Shown: positions 39,636-52,909 of the stretch, piece after piece
Layout: each line of letters begins with the position of its first letter
Position numbering within the stretch: the first letter of the stretch is position 1
Assembly (NCBI RefSeq): GCF_006345805.1
Contig: NC_042997.1
Location: forward strand, 55,304,001 to 55,368,000
DNA: 64,000 bases
Source: Octopus sinensis
Lineage: Eukaryota
Direction of reading: 5' to 3'
Made by a program: the position numbers and the translations under genes
Notes under the pieces: generated by a model
The model's database searches: none
What the model saw: only the letters and a program-made list of their open reading frames with translations
Told to the model about the DNA's origin: nothing

Positions 39636-41600
39636 AATTTTAGTTGATGGCACCTATGCAATATCAGTTGCATTATTTGAGATGTTATATGTATTTGCGA
39701 TAGCATATCTTTGTTCTCATTGATTTTTGTATCATTGTTCTCAAAGCTTGCGCCACGTAAGCTTTGATCACGCAAGTCCTCATCAAACATTCGGATCCAT
39801 GACCATTCCATCTTATTCTTTTGTAAAGGTTGTTCAGGATCACATTATCCAAACATCTTTTTCTAAAACGGTAGAATGTGATCTGAAGAAATTTGACAGG
39901 TATTTCTTGCTGTTCGAGTGACCACGAAGAAATTTCTGTTCGTATTAACTCAAATTACATAAGTATAGTTGTCATTCGAAATTGTAAACAAGATCATAAT
40001 GTAACTGTTTCTGACTGTCGTGACGTCATAAATGTTAACATGGCATAATACTGCAGTCGGTGGTGATTAACAACGACAGTTGTAATTGTAATACCATGTC
40101 TGACTATGAAATCAGATTAATCCCAGTAGGATGTCACCGCGACACATGTATGACTGTGACGCCAGAATATAAGTGATGTTCGTTTAATGTCTACAATATC
40201 AGCTATGACATCATACTTGTGGCTGTGATGCCTGATTGAAACCTTGCGTCATTTTTTAACGTCATATTTAACACTGACAGAGTTAAATATGACGTCGTAA
40301 CTATAGAGATGATGTGAAATCGAAAATGATGGCGATTTAACAGTAACAGTATTAAGTGTGGCATCATGAGTGAGAGTATGCTGGTGTGTTATTAGTTTAA
40401 CTCCGATGGTGGTGCAACAATGACATGTTAGCTAGAGCGTCATAAATATGGTTTTGATATCAGGTACTAGCAACTGATAATGCAACAACAACGATATTAA
40501 AGGTGATGTCAAATTGCCACGAAACAGCGACAGTAATAGTAGAGATGTTATATATATCTGTGATGTATTGGGTTGCCCGGAAAGTTCGTGCCGATTTATA
40601 AAAGAAAGAAAAAGGTCAATAAACAGTTGCCATTACATTTTTAATCAACCAAATATGAACCATTTTATTGCACAATGCGTCTCCATCTTTCCTTTAACTT
40701 GAAAATACCCTCTTCCCAGAATTGAGATAGTTTCATGGCAACGAATTCATCAAGGTATCTTTTTACGTCATCCAAGGAATTGAAAGTTTTACCATTAAGA
40801 CTATTCTGCAGAGACCTGAATAAGTGGAAATCCGACAGAGCAATATCTGGTGAATATGGAGGGGGGATAACACATCCCAGCCGAGCTGCAGCAATTTTTG
40901 TCTGTTTCCCAAAGCATCAAGTGCCGAAAATGAAGTTTCTCATCTTCCATTTTAAGGGTTACAGAATTAACACAAGTTATAAGAACATAAATCTTCTTCC
41001 ACAAAAAGATAGCTTAAACTGTGCTCTAAATGGAGGTGTAGTAAAATCCTATTTTATGGACTCAACCACGTTTTAAAATAAGTCGGAATGTAAGCTACTT
41101 CGAATCGGCACGAACTTTCCGGACAACTCAATATTATTGTAACTGATAACGTATGTCTGTAATGTCATTGTGCAATCATGATTGTGATGTAACAGCGACA
41201 GCGTGTTATGTCGTCCTGTGTGCAGATGCAATGTTAGATTGTAATAGAAGGTGATGTAACAATGACAATGTTAGTTGGGATGTCATAAAGGATGCTGTGA
41301 TGCAACATTACAACTGATGTCTTACTAACGATAGTTAGCTGTGAGCGTCATAAATTAGATGCGACGTGAAACAGCAGTTGGTGATGATTTAATCACTACT
41401 GTGTTAAATGCGACGTCATAGCTAACTGCCTTGTCCGATTGATTCCGATGGTGACAGTGAAGTTACAGCAAAGATGTTCACCGATGGTCATAAACACCGG
41501 CGAGGTTAGGCTGTGACGTAAAATAGTAACTGATAGTGATTTCACGGCCACGGACTTAACTGTGACGTCATGAGTGGAGCTGTGATGTCAGTCTAATTGA
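38450..41600. repeat. Degenerate minisatellite-like domain rich in (C)TGTGACGTCA(TA) variants
   Basis: TGACGTCA at 40021 and 41563; TGATGTCA at 38486, 38612, 39442, 40504, 41583; many near matches. Confidence 0.7.
40568..41131 (-). mobile_element. Internally deleted mariner element
   Basis: TIRs TTGGGTTGCCCGGAAAGTTCGTGCCGATT and AATCGGCACGAACTTTCCGGACAACTCAA, TA flanks; MEDEKLHFRHLML N-terminus joined to YSPDIALSDFHLFRSLQNSLNGKTF..FW..GIFKLKERW C-terminus. Confidence 0.93.
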
Positions 41601-41969
41601 TACTGGCAATCTAAGAGGGAACGAGATGGTTGTGTGAGTATACATGACTGATTGTTAGACGAGACCAAAGGAAGGGAAAATTTGTAAAGTTGTTTGCTCA
41701 TGAGATGATAGTACACGACCTTAAATACTTCGTGTGTTTATCTCTGATGTATATTTATGCGTCCATCTCTGGGCGTGAATATATATGCGATGCGTGCTTG
41801 TGAGTGCAGGTTTTAGCTAGCGCATGTTTATATCTGAGTTCCACTGTATACATGCGTGCGTGTATGTATATGTTTACCTTGGCGTCCTGTGTGCTTGTGT
41901 GTGCATTAGTTTGCCTGTGTATGAATTTTATTTGAATGTGTAAATTTATTTGTTCGTCTATATGTGTAT

Positions 41970-42969
41970 GAATGTATGGATTAATAGATGGATGGATGAA
42001 AGGATGGATGGATAGGCAGATGGATGGATGGATGGATGGATATGCGTTTATTTGTGCGCTTGCATGCTTTTATGTTGGTATGCATATATGTGTGTATTTG
42101 GGCGTGGATATGAGCGTGCGTGTGTATGTTTTTGTATGTATGTGCTGCTTATAAGTCCTGTGTGCGAGTGTAGAATGCATGTGTATGACAGCCAACTCCT
42201 CGCAGCATGCTGGTTACATCATATTTACCAGGGTCGCCATTCGCATGACGTATGCACGTACGTGTGCGTTCATGTGAACGCGTGTCTATATGTATGTGAT
42301 TGTGTACATGTGTGCGCGCGAGCGTGGCATGCTTGTCTGCGAGCACGTGTCTGCTTGCTTTCGATTGCATGCGTTTGTATACAACTCTCGATTCTGTATG
42401 TTCATACTTATGCATGTATATGTATGTGTGTGTGTTTATGTGTGTGTGTGTGTGTGCATCTGTATGTAACTGCAGCGTATAGGTGAATATAAGCGTATAT
42501 ATGTATATTAGTATGATTGTACTTTTTGAGTATACATATATGTAGAGTGTATAAAGGTGTGTGTGTGTGTAATTATATATGTTAGTGTGTGTGTGTGTGC
42601 AAATGTAGGCATGCGTGAGCCAGTTCCATATATCATGTTGGTTACATCACAGTATTTACAACGGCTGCCACACGCAGCCGTTATTGTTCCTTCCCGGTTC
42701 AACCTACACAGAATGCTGGTTCAAAGGCAGCGACATCATCTACTTCTCCCTCCCCCTCTCCCCCTCTTACTCTCTCCCCTCTCTCTCTTTCTCTCTCTCT
42801 CGCTCTCTTTATATATATATATATACAATCACACACGTATACACATAGATATAAAACATTACATACATATATATATATATATATGTATATGTATAAACAC
42901 AGATTAATTAAAACCTATACAAATCCACACACACACACGCAGACGCGACAACACACATACATGTGGTGC

Positions 42970-43012
<43 letters not shown>

Positions 43013-43115
43013 ATATATATATATACATATGTATGTATGTATATATATATATGTATATATATGTATATATGTATAATATATATATATACATATATATATA
43101 TACACACACATATAT

Positions 43116-43148
<33 letters not shown>

Positions 43149-43602
43149 TATATTACAAAATATATGTATATCCGTGTTCTTTATCATTTACACACAGACA
43201 CAGTCATGCCACACAAACACACGTATACACACACATACACAAATACATACACACAACTCAGGCACACACACACTCGTACACACGTAGACTAATACGTACA
43301 CACATTCACATACATATCCACAAGCACGCACACACACGCACGCACAAATGTGTACTTATATAGACATACACACAAACAAATAGTCTCGCAAATATACTTA
43401 TGCGTACATGTGTTATTTGACACGCACTCACATACATACTAATGCACACAGGTACACACGCGTGCACACATTATCGCGCGGCCGTGCAAAAACAAGCAAG
43501 GTGCGAGGTCGGGAGACGCACAGACTGATCGGATGGTCACATATATAGAAATATATACAGCTACAAAATATGTATGTACATATACACGGCCGCATGCACA
43601 CA

Positions 43603-43634
<32 letters not shown>

Positions 43635-43640
43635 TAGAGT
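41970..43640. repeat. Mosaic of (GGAT)n, (GT)n, (CT)n, (AT)n and (AC)n repeats
   Basis: Direct reading. Confidence 0.85.
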
Positions 43641-43725
43641 CATGCAGAGAGAAGTTTAATATATATCACATGTGAAAACAACCAGCATGGCCGCAGTCAA
43701 ATGACTGAAACAAGTAATATATATA

Positions 43726-43763
<38 letters not shown>

Positions 43764-43767
<4 letters not shown>

Positions 43768-44080
43768 TCCATCCCAAATACTGTCCTAAATACAGAGTCC
43801 ATGGTCCTGATCCCAAATATGGATGCACAAAAGACAATGGATGCACCTTATTCCATCCTAAACTGTGCCAAACTTCTGTGTCACAAAGGATGTGCCTGAA
43901 CCCAGAATGCAACCACCACCATCTGAAGGGCACAAAACGATCACAGAATAAATATAAACAGCAACAGAGGAAATTTAAGACAACAACAAGAACAAGATAT
44001 AACCACGTTTCCCCTCCTACAATCAAACAACGTAGACAGAACCATGAAAAAACCATAACACCAACATGAAATATGTATTC
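43764..44080 (+). pseudogene. LINE ORF1 C-terminal remnant with tandem CCCH-like motifs
   Basis: HLHPKYCPKYRVHGPDPKYGCTKDNGCTLFHPKLCQTSVSQRMCLNPECNHHHLKGTKR. Confidence 0.7.
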
Positions 44081-47000
44081 TCTGACCAAGTGGCAAACCA
44101 AAGAGGTAACCCTTTTTTACTGACTTACCTAGAAAATATGAAGGCCGATCTAAGCCAGGAGATCCAACGAGCTATCAGCAACCACCTATGCAAATCACAA
44201 GGACCACACACCCATTACCAACAAGAAAATCATACACACACAGCTCCATACAAGAACTACCCTCATTGTTACCACTGAACAACATAAAACATAACTTAGA
44301 ACAATGCAAACATCAAACTTCCCTTACCTCGACATTCCTGTTAAATGTACGTGGCATCAACCCATCAATTATTGCCCAAAATGTAAGATCCCATATATAG
44401 AGAGTTGGCTTGCCGAAACGGCACATTGCTTCCCTTTCTTTATCCTTACCGAGACTCACCTGAACAACACCCATATGGACGCCGAGGTGAAAATAAAAGA
44501 TTTCACCATTGCTCGTGCGGATCGCACAGACCGAAATAAGGGAGGGACGGCCATCTTTATCTATGACTCCTTTTCACTTGATGCCAAGGACATATTTTCC
44601 AATGGCTACTGTGAATCGGTATCACTATTCAGCAAGGCCAAGGACATAATAATTGTTGGTCTTTACAGGCCTCCCCAAGCACCTCTAAAGTGCTTTGAAG
44701 AGTGCCTTAGCAAAGTCAAGTCCTTCCTTCGGAAGTACCACTCCGGAAACATACTAGTGATGGGTGATTTTAACCTCCCTCATGTGAACTGGCCCACAAA
44801 TACTCTGAAGTTAGGCAAGTGCTCTACATCAGATAGAGCAGCAGTAGAACTGCTCTTTAATCTGATGGATGAATACTTCCTGTCTCAGCTAGTGCTCGAA
44901 CCAACGAGGCAGAATAAAACGATCTTGGATCTGGTATTGACCAATCACTCTAGCTTCGTTCACAGTATTTCAGTTTAAAAAACTTTCCTCTCAGACCACG
45001 ACATGGTACTCTGCAATTTTAATTCCCGACATATAAAAACCAAACCAGCCAATCCCACTCCATGGCACCCATTTGACACCATAAACTTCCACAAAGCGGA
45101 CTGGGGAGCAATTAGAAAGGATCTGTCTTTCATCGACTGGTCTTTTACTCTCAATTCCACCCATATTTAGACCGCATGGCAGCACTTTGAAAACATTGTC
45201 ACCTATACATGCTCTAAACACGCTCCCACGAAATCTACTAACACAAACAGAAACCGGCTCCCTAAAAAGAAAAAAACACTCATCAGGCGCATCAAAAGAC
45301 TCAAAAAAAAATCAACCAATTAAAATATTCCCACACACAACATCCACATTCATCAACAATGAAAAGGCTAGAGCTGGAAATACTTTATCTGCAGACCGAC
45401 ATGAAAACCTCCATTGAAAATCAAAGAGCTGTGGAGGAACAGTGGATAATCAAAAACATCAAACAGAACCCAAAAGTGTTCTATTCTTATGCAAATAAGC
45501 ATAGAACCACTGTCTCACCCATTGGGCCATTGATTGATGATAACGGCATTCCCCAACACGATACTAAAGAAATGTCAGAAATACTGCAGAAACAATACTG
45601 CTCTGTCTTTAGTGTTCCCACTGATATTGACGTAAGAGAAGCGAACGAAGTTGACTCCCAACATAAAATCTCAGACATAACCTTCACTGCCACTGACATC
45701 GTAGCAGCAATAAATGAGGTCAAATACTACTCTGCTGTAGGCCCTGATAGATTCCCCGCTAGTCTCCTGAATGAATGTAGACACCAACTTGCAGTCCCTC
45801 TGACCAACCTCTGGAGAAATTCGTTAGACGCAGGTTATATACCGAAACAGTTTCTATCCCAGTCGGTCATCCCGGTTTTCAAACAGGGAAACAGATCCCT
45901 CGCAGTCAACTATCGCCCAATCTCACTCACCTCCCACATCATTAAAGTGTTTGAAAGAGTGTTAAGATCAAGGATAGCTGACTTCCTGGAGACCCACAAA
46001 CTCCTAAATGCAAATCAGCATGGCTTTCGCTGTGGCAGGGACTGTCTAACATAGCTCTTACACCACATTGAAGATGTACTCAAAGCCTTGGGGACAGGTA
46101 CGAACTCTGACGTCATATATCTTGACTTCAGTAAAGCGTTCGACAGGGTAGACCATAATATCCTACTCTCAAAATTGGCAAATGTTGGAATCCGTGGAAA
46201 AGTTCTACACTGGATTAAGTATTTCCTGGCGAATAGAACACAACATGTTGTGGTTGATGGAGTCCACTCAAGCCCAGCAAAAGTCACCAGCGATGTCCCC
46301 CAAGGGACTGTCTTGGGTCCGCTACTCTTCATAATTTACATAAACGACCTTTCCAGTGTCGTACATTACTGCAAAGTGAAAATATTTGCTGATGACACTA
46401 AGCTCCAGCAAATCGTCAATGAAGAAGCAGACCGAACTCAACTCCAGTCTGATCTATATGCTGTGAGTCAATGGCAGACAGAAAAAAATGCAACTGAATG
46501 AGGGGAAAATTTGAGCTGATGCATTTTGGAAGAAATTCCTCACTAAACAGCCATACTCTCTTCCTTCAGGAACCGCTCACAGCCTCTAACATATCAGAGA
46601 CCCGGGTGTAATTGTTGATGACGATCTCAGTTGGAGTGCACACATCAACAAGAAGGTCGATATAGCTCGTAGGATGAGTTCCTGGATCTTAAGAACTTTC
46701 CGGTCCAGAGAACAAGGTGTCATCATACCACTTTTCTCCTCCTTTGTACGGCCACACCTCGAATATGCTGCCCACTGTGGTCTCCCCATACAAGACAAAA
46801 CATCTCCAGGATTGAGTCACCCCAGAGGACACTCACTAAACGAATGAAGGCATGGCTGCTCTCGATTATTGGGATCGCCTTAAAGCCTTGAAACTTTACT
46901 CTCTCCAGCATCGCCGTGAGCGGTACATCATTTGTACGATGTGGAAATATACCGCCAACTTTGCCCAAACGACTTAACATTAGCTTCAAGGTTCATCCAA

Positions 47001-47346
47001 GACTGGGACCACGGGCCATACGTCCCCTGCCCAATTCAAGATCACAGCATACATGTACACTGCAACATAATTTCTTTTCCTCAACAGGCCCTGTCCTATT
47101 TAACATTGTCCCGAGGGATATCAAAGAAGAAAATGATCCCATCAACTTTAAACGGAGTCTGGATAGATTCCTTCAAAGAATACCAGATGAGCCACCCATA
47201 ATTGGATACAACTCACCCAACAAGAACTCACTACTTAAATGGACCATAAACAAAACTTGACTTAAACAGGATTCGAATAATCCTATCTGGTGGTGCTATT
47301 AAGTTAGACATGGCCTGGACCAATCTTTGGTCGAAACATATCTAAG
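43764..47346 (+). mobile_element. CR1-group non-LTR retrotransposon (family A), 5'-truncated, ORF1 remnant plus APE-RT ORF2
   Basis: APE: LLNVRG, LTETHL, GGTAIFI, GLYRPP, MGDFNLP, ILDLVLTN, SDHD. RT: YRPISLTS, QHGFR, YLDFSKAFDRVDH, PQGTVLGPLLFIIYINDL, FADDTKL. Stops at 44976 and 46052 plus frameshifts. Confidence 0.96.
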
Positions 47347-47849
47347 TTTTATATATATTTGAATTATAACGTCGGATGTAATCAATTGAACCACACGTGT
47401 ATTTATCGTTATGGTAAAATCTGGCGTGTGATTGAGTGGATTTCATCCGATAGTTTTGGTGAGGAGCTACAAGTGGATTTTTTTGTAGTAAAATTACATT
47501 TAATTCATTAATAGCGAAACAATTGGTCCCTAAATAATCTGTATTTGTATTTTTTATTGGCCCTGTTCGTGTGAGCTAAAATCGTACTGACTTTCATGGG
47601 AAACAAGTATTTTTGTGGTTGAAACCTTTTGGATTAACTAGTGCTAGAGTGAGCCATATAGTGACCACTCTCTTATATTTATTTTTGTATAAAATATTAT
47701 AATATATTACAAAATATTATAATAATCCAGGTTTCTCGGAGCACTGGGCCACTTGGTGTTGAATAGATATACTATTAAATTAGTATCTAATTCTCTCACC
47801 CTTATTAATTAATTATATATATATATATATATATATATTGCTTTCAAAA

Positions 47850-48051
47850 TGTGACCTCGTGTGTACCGTTGGCGATTTTTTTCCCTCTGTCTTCCCTTCT
47901 CTGGATCTTTCCTTCTCCTATGTTTCCGACGAAGAGCTCCGCTCGAAACGTTATACCCCCCTTCTTTCCTTCTTTCCTGAGCGTCCAATAATACTATATT
48001 TGTTCCACGTCTTCGCGTTGTTGTGTTTTTTTTGTGCTTTCTTGTTTGGAT

Positions 48052-48056
<5 letters not shown>
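47850..48056 (+). mobile_element. Second copy of the PLE pLTR-like hammerhead repeat
   Basis: GTTT-CCGACGA-A-GAGC-TCC-GCTC-GAAA-CG-TT-ATAC at 47922-47956; aligns with 30805-31012; (AT)n on both sides. Confidence 0.75.
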
Positions 48057-48101
<45 letters not shown>

Positions 48102-48104
48102 CTC

Positions 48105-48453
48105 TTTTACTTGTTTCGGTCATTAGACTGCGGCCATGCTGGAGCACCGCCTTTAGTCGAAGAAATCGACCCCAGGACTTTTTTGTAAGCCAAGTACTTA
48201 TTCTATCGGTTTGGCCGAACCGCTAAGTTTAGGGGACGCAAACACACCAGCATCGGTTGTCAAGCGACGTTGGGGGGCAAGTACAGACACACAAACATAT
48301 ACACACATACACACACACACATACACATATATGCACACACACATATCTATCTATCTATCTATCTATCTATCGAGGTGCCACGCAGTGGGACTTGAACCCG
48401 GAGCCATGTGGTTGGTAAGCAAGCTACATACCACACACCTACTCCTGCGCCTA
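48105..48453 (-). mobile_element. tRNA-derived SINE with internal microsatellite and LINE-B-like tail
   Basis: Head TAGGCGCAGGAGTAGGTGTGTGG..GGTTCAAGTCCCAC (48370-48453); tail GGCGGTGCTCCAGCATGGCCGCAGTCTAATGACCGAAACAAG. Confidence 0.85.
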
Positions 48454-48454
48454 T

Positions 48455-48482
48455 GTATAATATTATATATATAAATATATAA

Positions 48483-48524
<42 letters not shown>

Positions 48525-48548
48525 TATACATATATATATATATAATAG

Positions 48549-48579
<31 letters not shown>

Positions 48580-48663
48580 ATATATATATATTACATATAT
48601 ATATCATATTATATATATTATATATCATATTATATATGTATATATGATATATATATCTATATA

Positions 48664-48732
<69 letters not shown>

Positions 48733-48745
48733 CTCTCTATCTATA
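48455..48745. repeat. (AT)n and (ATCT)n tract
   Basis: Direct reading. Confidence 0.95.
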
Positions 48746-48779
48746 TTAAATATATACATCCTATTCTGTCAACGGTTAT

Positions 48780-49040
48780 TTCTAATACTTTTCTCGCTGG
48801 ATTGCGTATTCGTTTCTCTTCCTTCGTCTGGCTGCTTTTTCCTCTACAAAATGGAAAATTACATTGCGGAACATTTATTTTAATGAGTTGTATTTATTTA
48901 TCTCATGACAAGATACATCTGCACCACCGGATGCTCCTGAGCCAGTTGTTGAGTGTCCCACCCGAGAGGAATCGATGCTAGATGTGTCGAAACAATTGTC
49001 GTGATTAATAATATATTCCATCTCCCGTCTTTCATTTACT
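48780..49040 (+). mobile_element. Probable PLE pLTR remnant with degenerate hammerhead-like motif
   Basis: CAC-CCGAGAGGA..GTC-GAAA-CAATTG-TC-GTG at 48958-49003. Confidence 0.4.
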
Positions 49041-49075
49041 ATATAATATATGTATGTATGTATATATATATGTAT

Positions 49076-49106
<31 letters not shown>

Positions 49107-49505
49107 TCACAATATATAATATTTATATATATATATAATATATATAATATATATAAATATGTAATTTATAATATATATAAATATCTATATGTATATATAA
49201 TATATATACTTATGTATATATATATAATACCTAATAATATGATTATATATATTACATATATGATATAATAATACATATATAATATACATATATATATATA
49301 ATGTATAATACATATATAATATATACATAGATATAATGTATATATAATATTAATAATATATATACATATATATTTATACACATATATATTATATATATAT
49401 ATATATGTACATATAATACATATACACATATATATATAATATATGCATATATATATATACATACACACTCAAATAATATATATATACATATACAATATAA
49501 TATAT
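49040..49505. repeat. Imperfect (AT)n tract
   Basis: Direct reading. Confidence 0.95.
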
Positions 49506-49622
49506 ATTGTTTTATTATTTGCTTCAGTCATATGACTGCGGCCATATATGTGCGTGCGTGTGTGTGTTTGTATTACTCTTTCGTTGTTTATTTACAATAC
49601 ATTTTTCATTTATTTATATCTT

Positions 49623-49677
<55 letters not shown>

Positions 49678-50719
49678 CACCCCACACACGCACAAGTCTA
49701 CGAAGGATGTACGCCACACAGACACGTATAATCCCCCCGCATGCTGTCACACACGCAGAAGCGCGCCCATAAAGTGAAATGCAATCACATGCACAAAGAA
49801 ACTCTGCGGGCGGGCATGCATGCACACATTCACATACACCCGTACACTCATATATACATATATACACATATACGCAGGTACAGTGTTATAAACCGATAAT
49901 AGTTTTGAAAAACTATACACACACACACACACCACACACACGCAAGCACACACACACACACACACAGATACACACAAATTCACGAGCACACAGCAACTTA
50001 TACACCAACAAATTTACACAAGTCCACACTCATGCAATGTAGAGGCAGTACTTGCGTGTACGGCTTCCTGTAAATCGTTCACTCTCTTTCTGTCTCTCTC
50101 TCTTCTTCTTTCTCAGTTGTATTCACATTCAGCAACTAGAAATATATACAAAGACAAGCAACACAAGACACATACATATACACATATCCAAACACACAGC
50201 CAGGCGCAACCGTACAGACACGCACATGTGTACTACATACATGTCCGTACATACATGGTGAAACAGACATTCATAAATATATTACATGAACCAAACGAGG
50301 GAACAGCAACTTGAGTGCCACCCATTCTGCTGGAAGTAGCAGCCAAATCTCATCCCGTTCAAAATTTCCCGGAAAGCGAAGGATATGTGATAGCATTATC
50401 CAATACTGGGATATAGAATGTTATTTTTCGTTGTCGGTATACTTAGATCAGGGAAGTAAACAAAAACAATAATGTATACACTTACAGTGCACGCGCAAAC
50501 GGGCATATGCATTCCGCCCTCTTTCTGATACGTATATATATATATATATTATATTATATATATTATATATTATATATATATATTATATATATATTTTATA
50601 TATATATACGTGTGTGTGTATACATACACATGCGATCACACACACAACTATATTTATATATATATACATATGTGTGTGTGTGTGTATGCATGTATATACA
50701 TATTTATGTGTGTGTCTTT

Positions 50720-50890
50720 GTGTTAGTGCTTGTCCCCCATCATCGCTTTACAACCGGTGTTGGTGTGTTTACGTACCCGTAATCAAGTGTTTCGGCAAAA
50801 GAATTCGATAGAATAAGTACTAGGCTTCAAAAATTAAGTTCTGAGGTCAATATTATCGACTAAGCCCATTCAAGGCGGTACTCCGGCATA
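50720..50890 (+). mobile_element. SINE body, same family as 48105-48453
   Basis: CTTGTCCCCCA..CGCTT.ACAACCG.TG.TGGTGTGTTTACGT..GATAGAATAAGTAC..AAGGCGGTACTCCGGCAT. Confidence 0.75.
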
Positions 50891-51190
50891 TATATACGAG
50901 TGTGTATGTTTGCACTTGTGTATGTGTAGCACCGTGTGTGTGTGCGCGCGTGTGTGTGGTGTGTGTGTGTGTGTTTGTGTTTGTGTGTTTGTGTTTGTGT
51001 ATGTATTTCTGTGTGTGTGTGTTCGTCGAAAAACAAAAATTAATCTGATTGGATACACACATACACAAACATAACGTGTACATATGATACATACACACAC
51101 ACGCGCACACCTATTATATATATATACTTACAAACCTATGAACATCATATAATGACATTAATTAATAAACACACACTCACACACATATAC

Positions 51191-51243
<53 letters not shown>

Positions 51244-51606
51244 TATATACACTTGCACACACGTTCTTATTTAGCGACAATAGCTGTACGAATGTAAAAG
51301 ATACTGACAAACCTACGTATATACATTTATATCTCACGTCTTCACTTCATTTATTCATATATTAATTGATCACACCCTTCTAGTCCATTACATTTGTTCT
51401 CTCTATTTCACTGTATGTATGTATGTATGTATGTATGTATGTATATGTATGTATGTATGTATGTAATGTAAATATGTCTCTTTATCTAGCTATCTACAAT
51501 TCTAACATTACTTTGTATCTTATTTATTTTCTCAATCTATTCATTCTCCATCCGAATTTTCCCTGCACCGCACCAAGAGTCGAATCGTATGTATGAATGT
51601 ATGTAT

Positions 51607-51644
<38 letters not shown>

Positions 51645-52144
51645 TATTAAATATATATCATTTATATTAATATAATATATATATATATATATCGGAAGGT
51701 TTGGAGATGATGTACAGGTATTATATATTAGAAAAATTGAGGTAATCAGATCAGATGGTTCATATTGTAGATATTTATTTATATATTACATTTTTTACAT
51801 ATATATCATATCATTCGGATTAGCGCTTGCTCCCATTCTAGTGGGTTTTCAAATCAAATCAGTTGTGGGTAGTTTGAACCTTTTATAGTTTCGTAGTAGT
51901 GGGTGAGGAGGAAGTGAGACAGAGAGAAAATATGTGTGTATGTGTGTGTGTGTGTGTGGTGTGTGTGTGGTGTGTGTGTGTGTGCGCTTATATCTGAGAG
52001 TGAAGAAGAAGTGTTATTTCCGTTGGTCTGCTGGACCCCCTGTGGTTTTATAAGAACTTTGCCGTCCATTTCAATGTCACTGAGTGTGTGTTGTGCATAG
52101 GTTGGCCTGGCAAATGTTCATTTGGGGTCACACTTTCTATGATC

Positions 52145-52188
<44 letters not shown>

Positions 52189-52291
52189 AATATATATATA
52201 TTATATATCAATATATATATCTAATATCAATATGTATATACCTCAATGTCTATCTATCAATCTCTGTATATATATATATATATACATATAT

Positions 52292-52718
52292 ATCATCTAT
52301 ATAATATACATCTGGAAGATCACGGAAGGAATTGTGCAAAATTTTAGCATTGAAAACTACACCAACGTCAGAACAGGTCGACACTGCGCAGTGCCAAAGA
52401 TCCCAGCAATGCCATCGCGTTTAAGGAACAGTTACTACAACAGCTTGGGTTTCAGAGGCCCCCAGTTTTTTAATATGTTCCCAAAGAGCCTGAAAGACCA
52501 ATACAAAGTGGATGCATGTGTTTTCAAGTCGAAACTGGACATCTTCCTGTTGAGAGTCCCTGATGAACCTACGTCGCAAAAAGAGGTGCAAATGAGGGTA
52601 GCGATATCAAATTCCCTTATTCACCAAATACCATATATTAGACGAGGCTTTTAATAATAACAGTGTAGTAAAACAGCGGTGCCTTAGCATGGCCGCAACT
52701 TTGAGCTGCTGAAACTAC
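52292..52718 (+). mobile_element. CR1-group LINE family B, 3' fragment
   Basis: IWKITEGIVQNFSIENYTNVRTGRHCAVPKIP..LGFRGPQFFNMFPKSL..KLDIFLLRVPDEP and family-B tail. Confidence 0.9.
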
Positions 52719-52722
52719 TAAT

Positions 52723-52780
<58 letters not shown>

Positions 52781-52909
52781 CACACACACACACACAACAC
52801 ACACCACACCCAATATATATATATATATATTATATATATAATATATATATATATACACATATATATACATTATATAACATATATATATCTGCATATATAT
52901 ACGTATAAA

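Noticed and set aside
47305-47345. GACCA/TGGTC stem plus GAAAC at the LINE-A 3' end as a ribozyme
   Set aside because: No CUGAnGA core; better explained as a LINE 3' recognition stem-loop.
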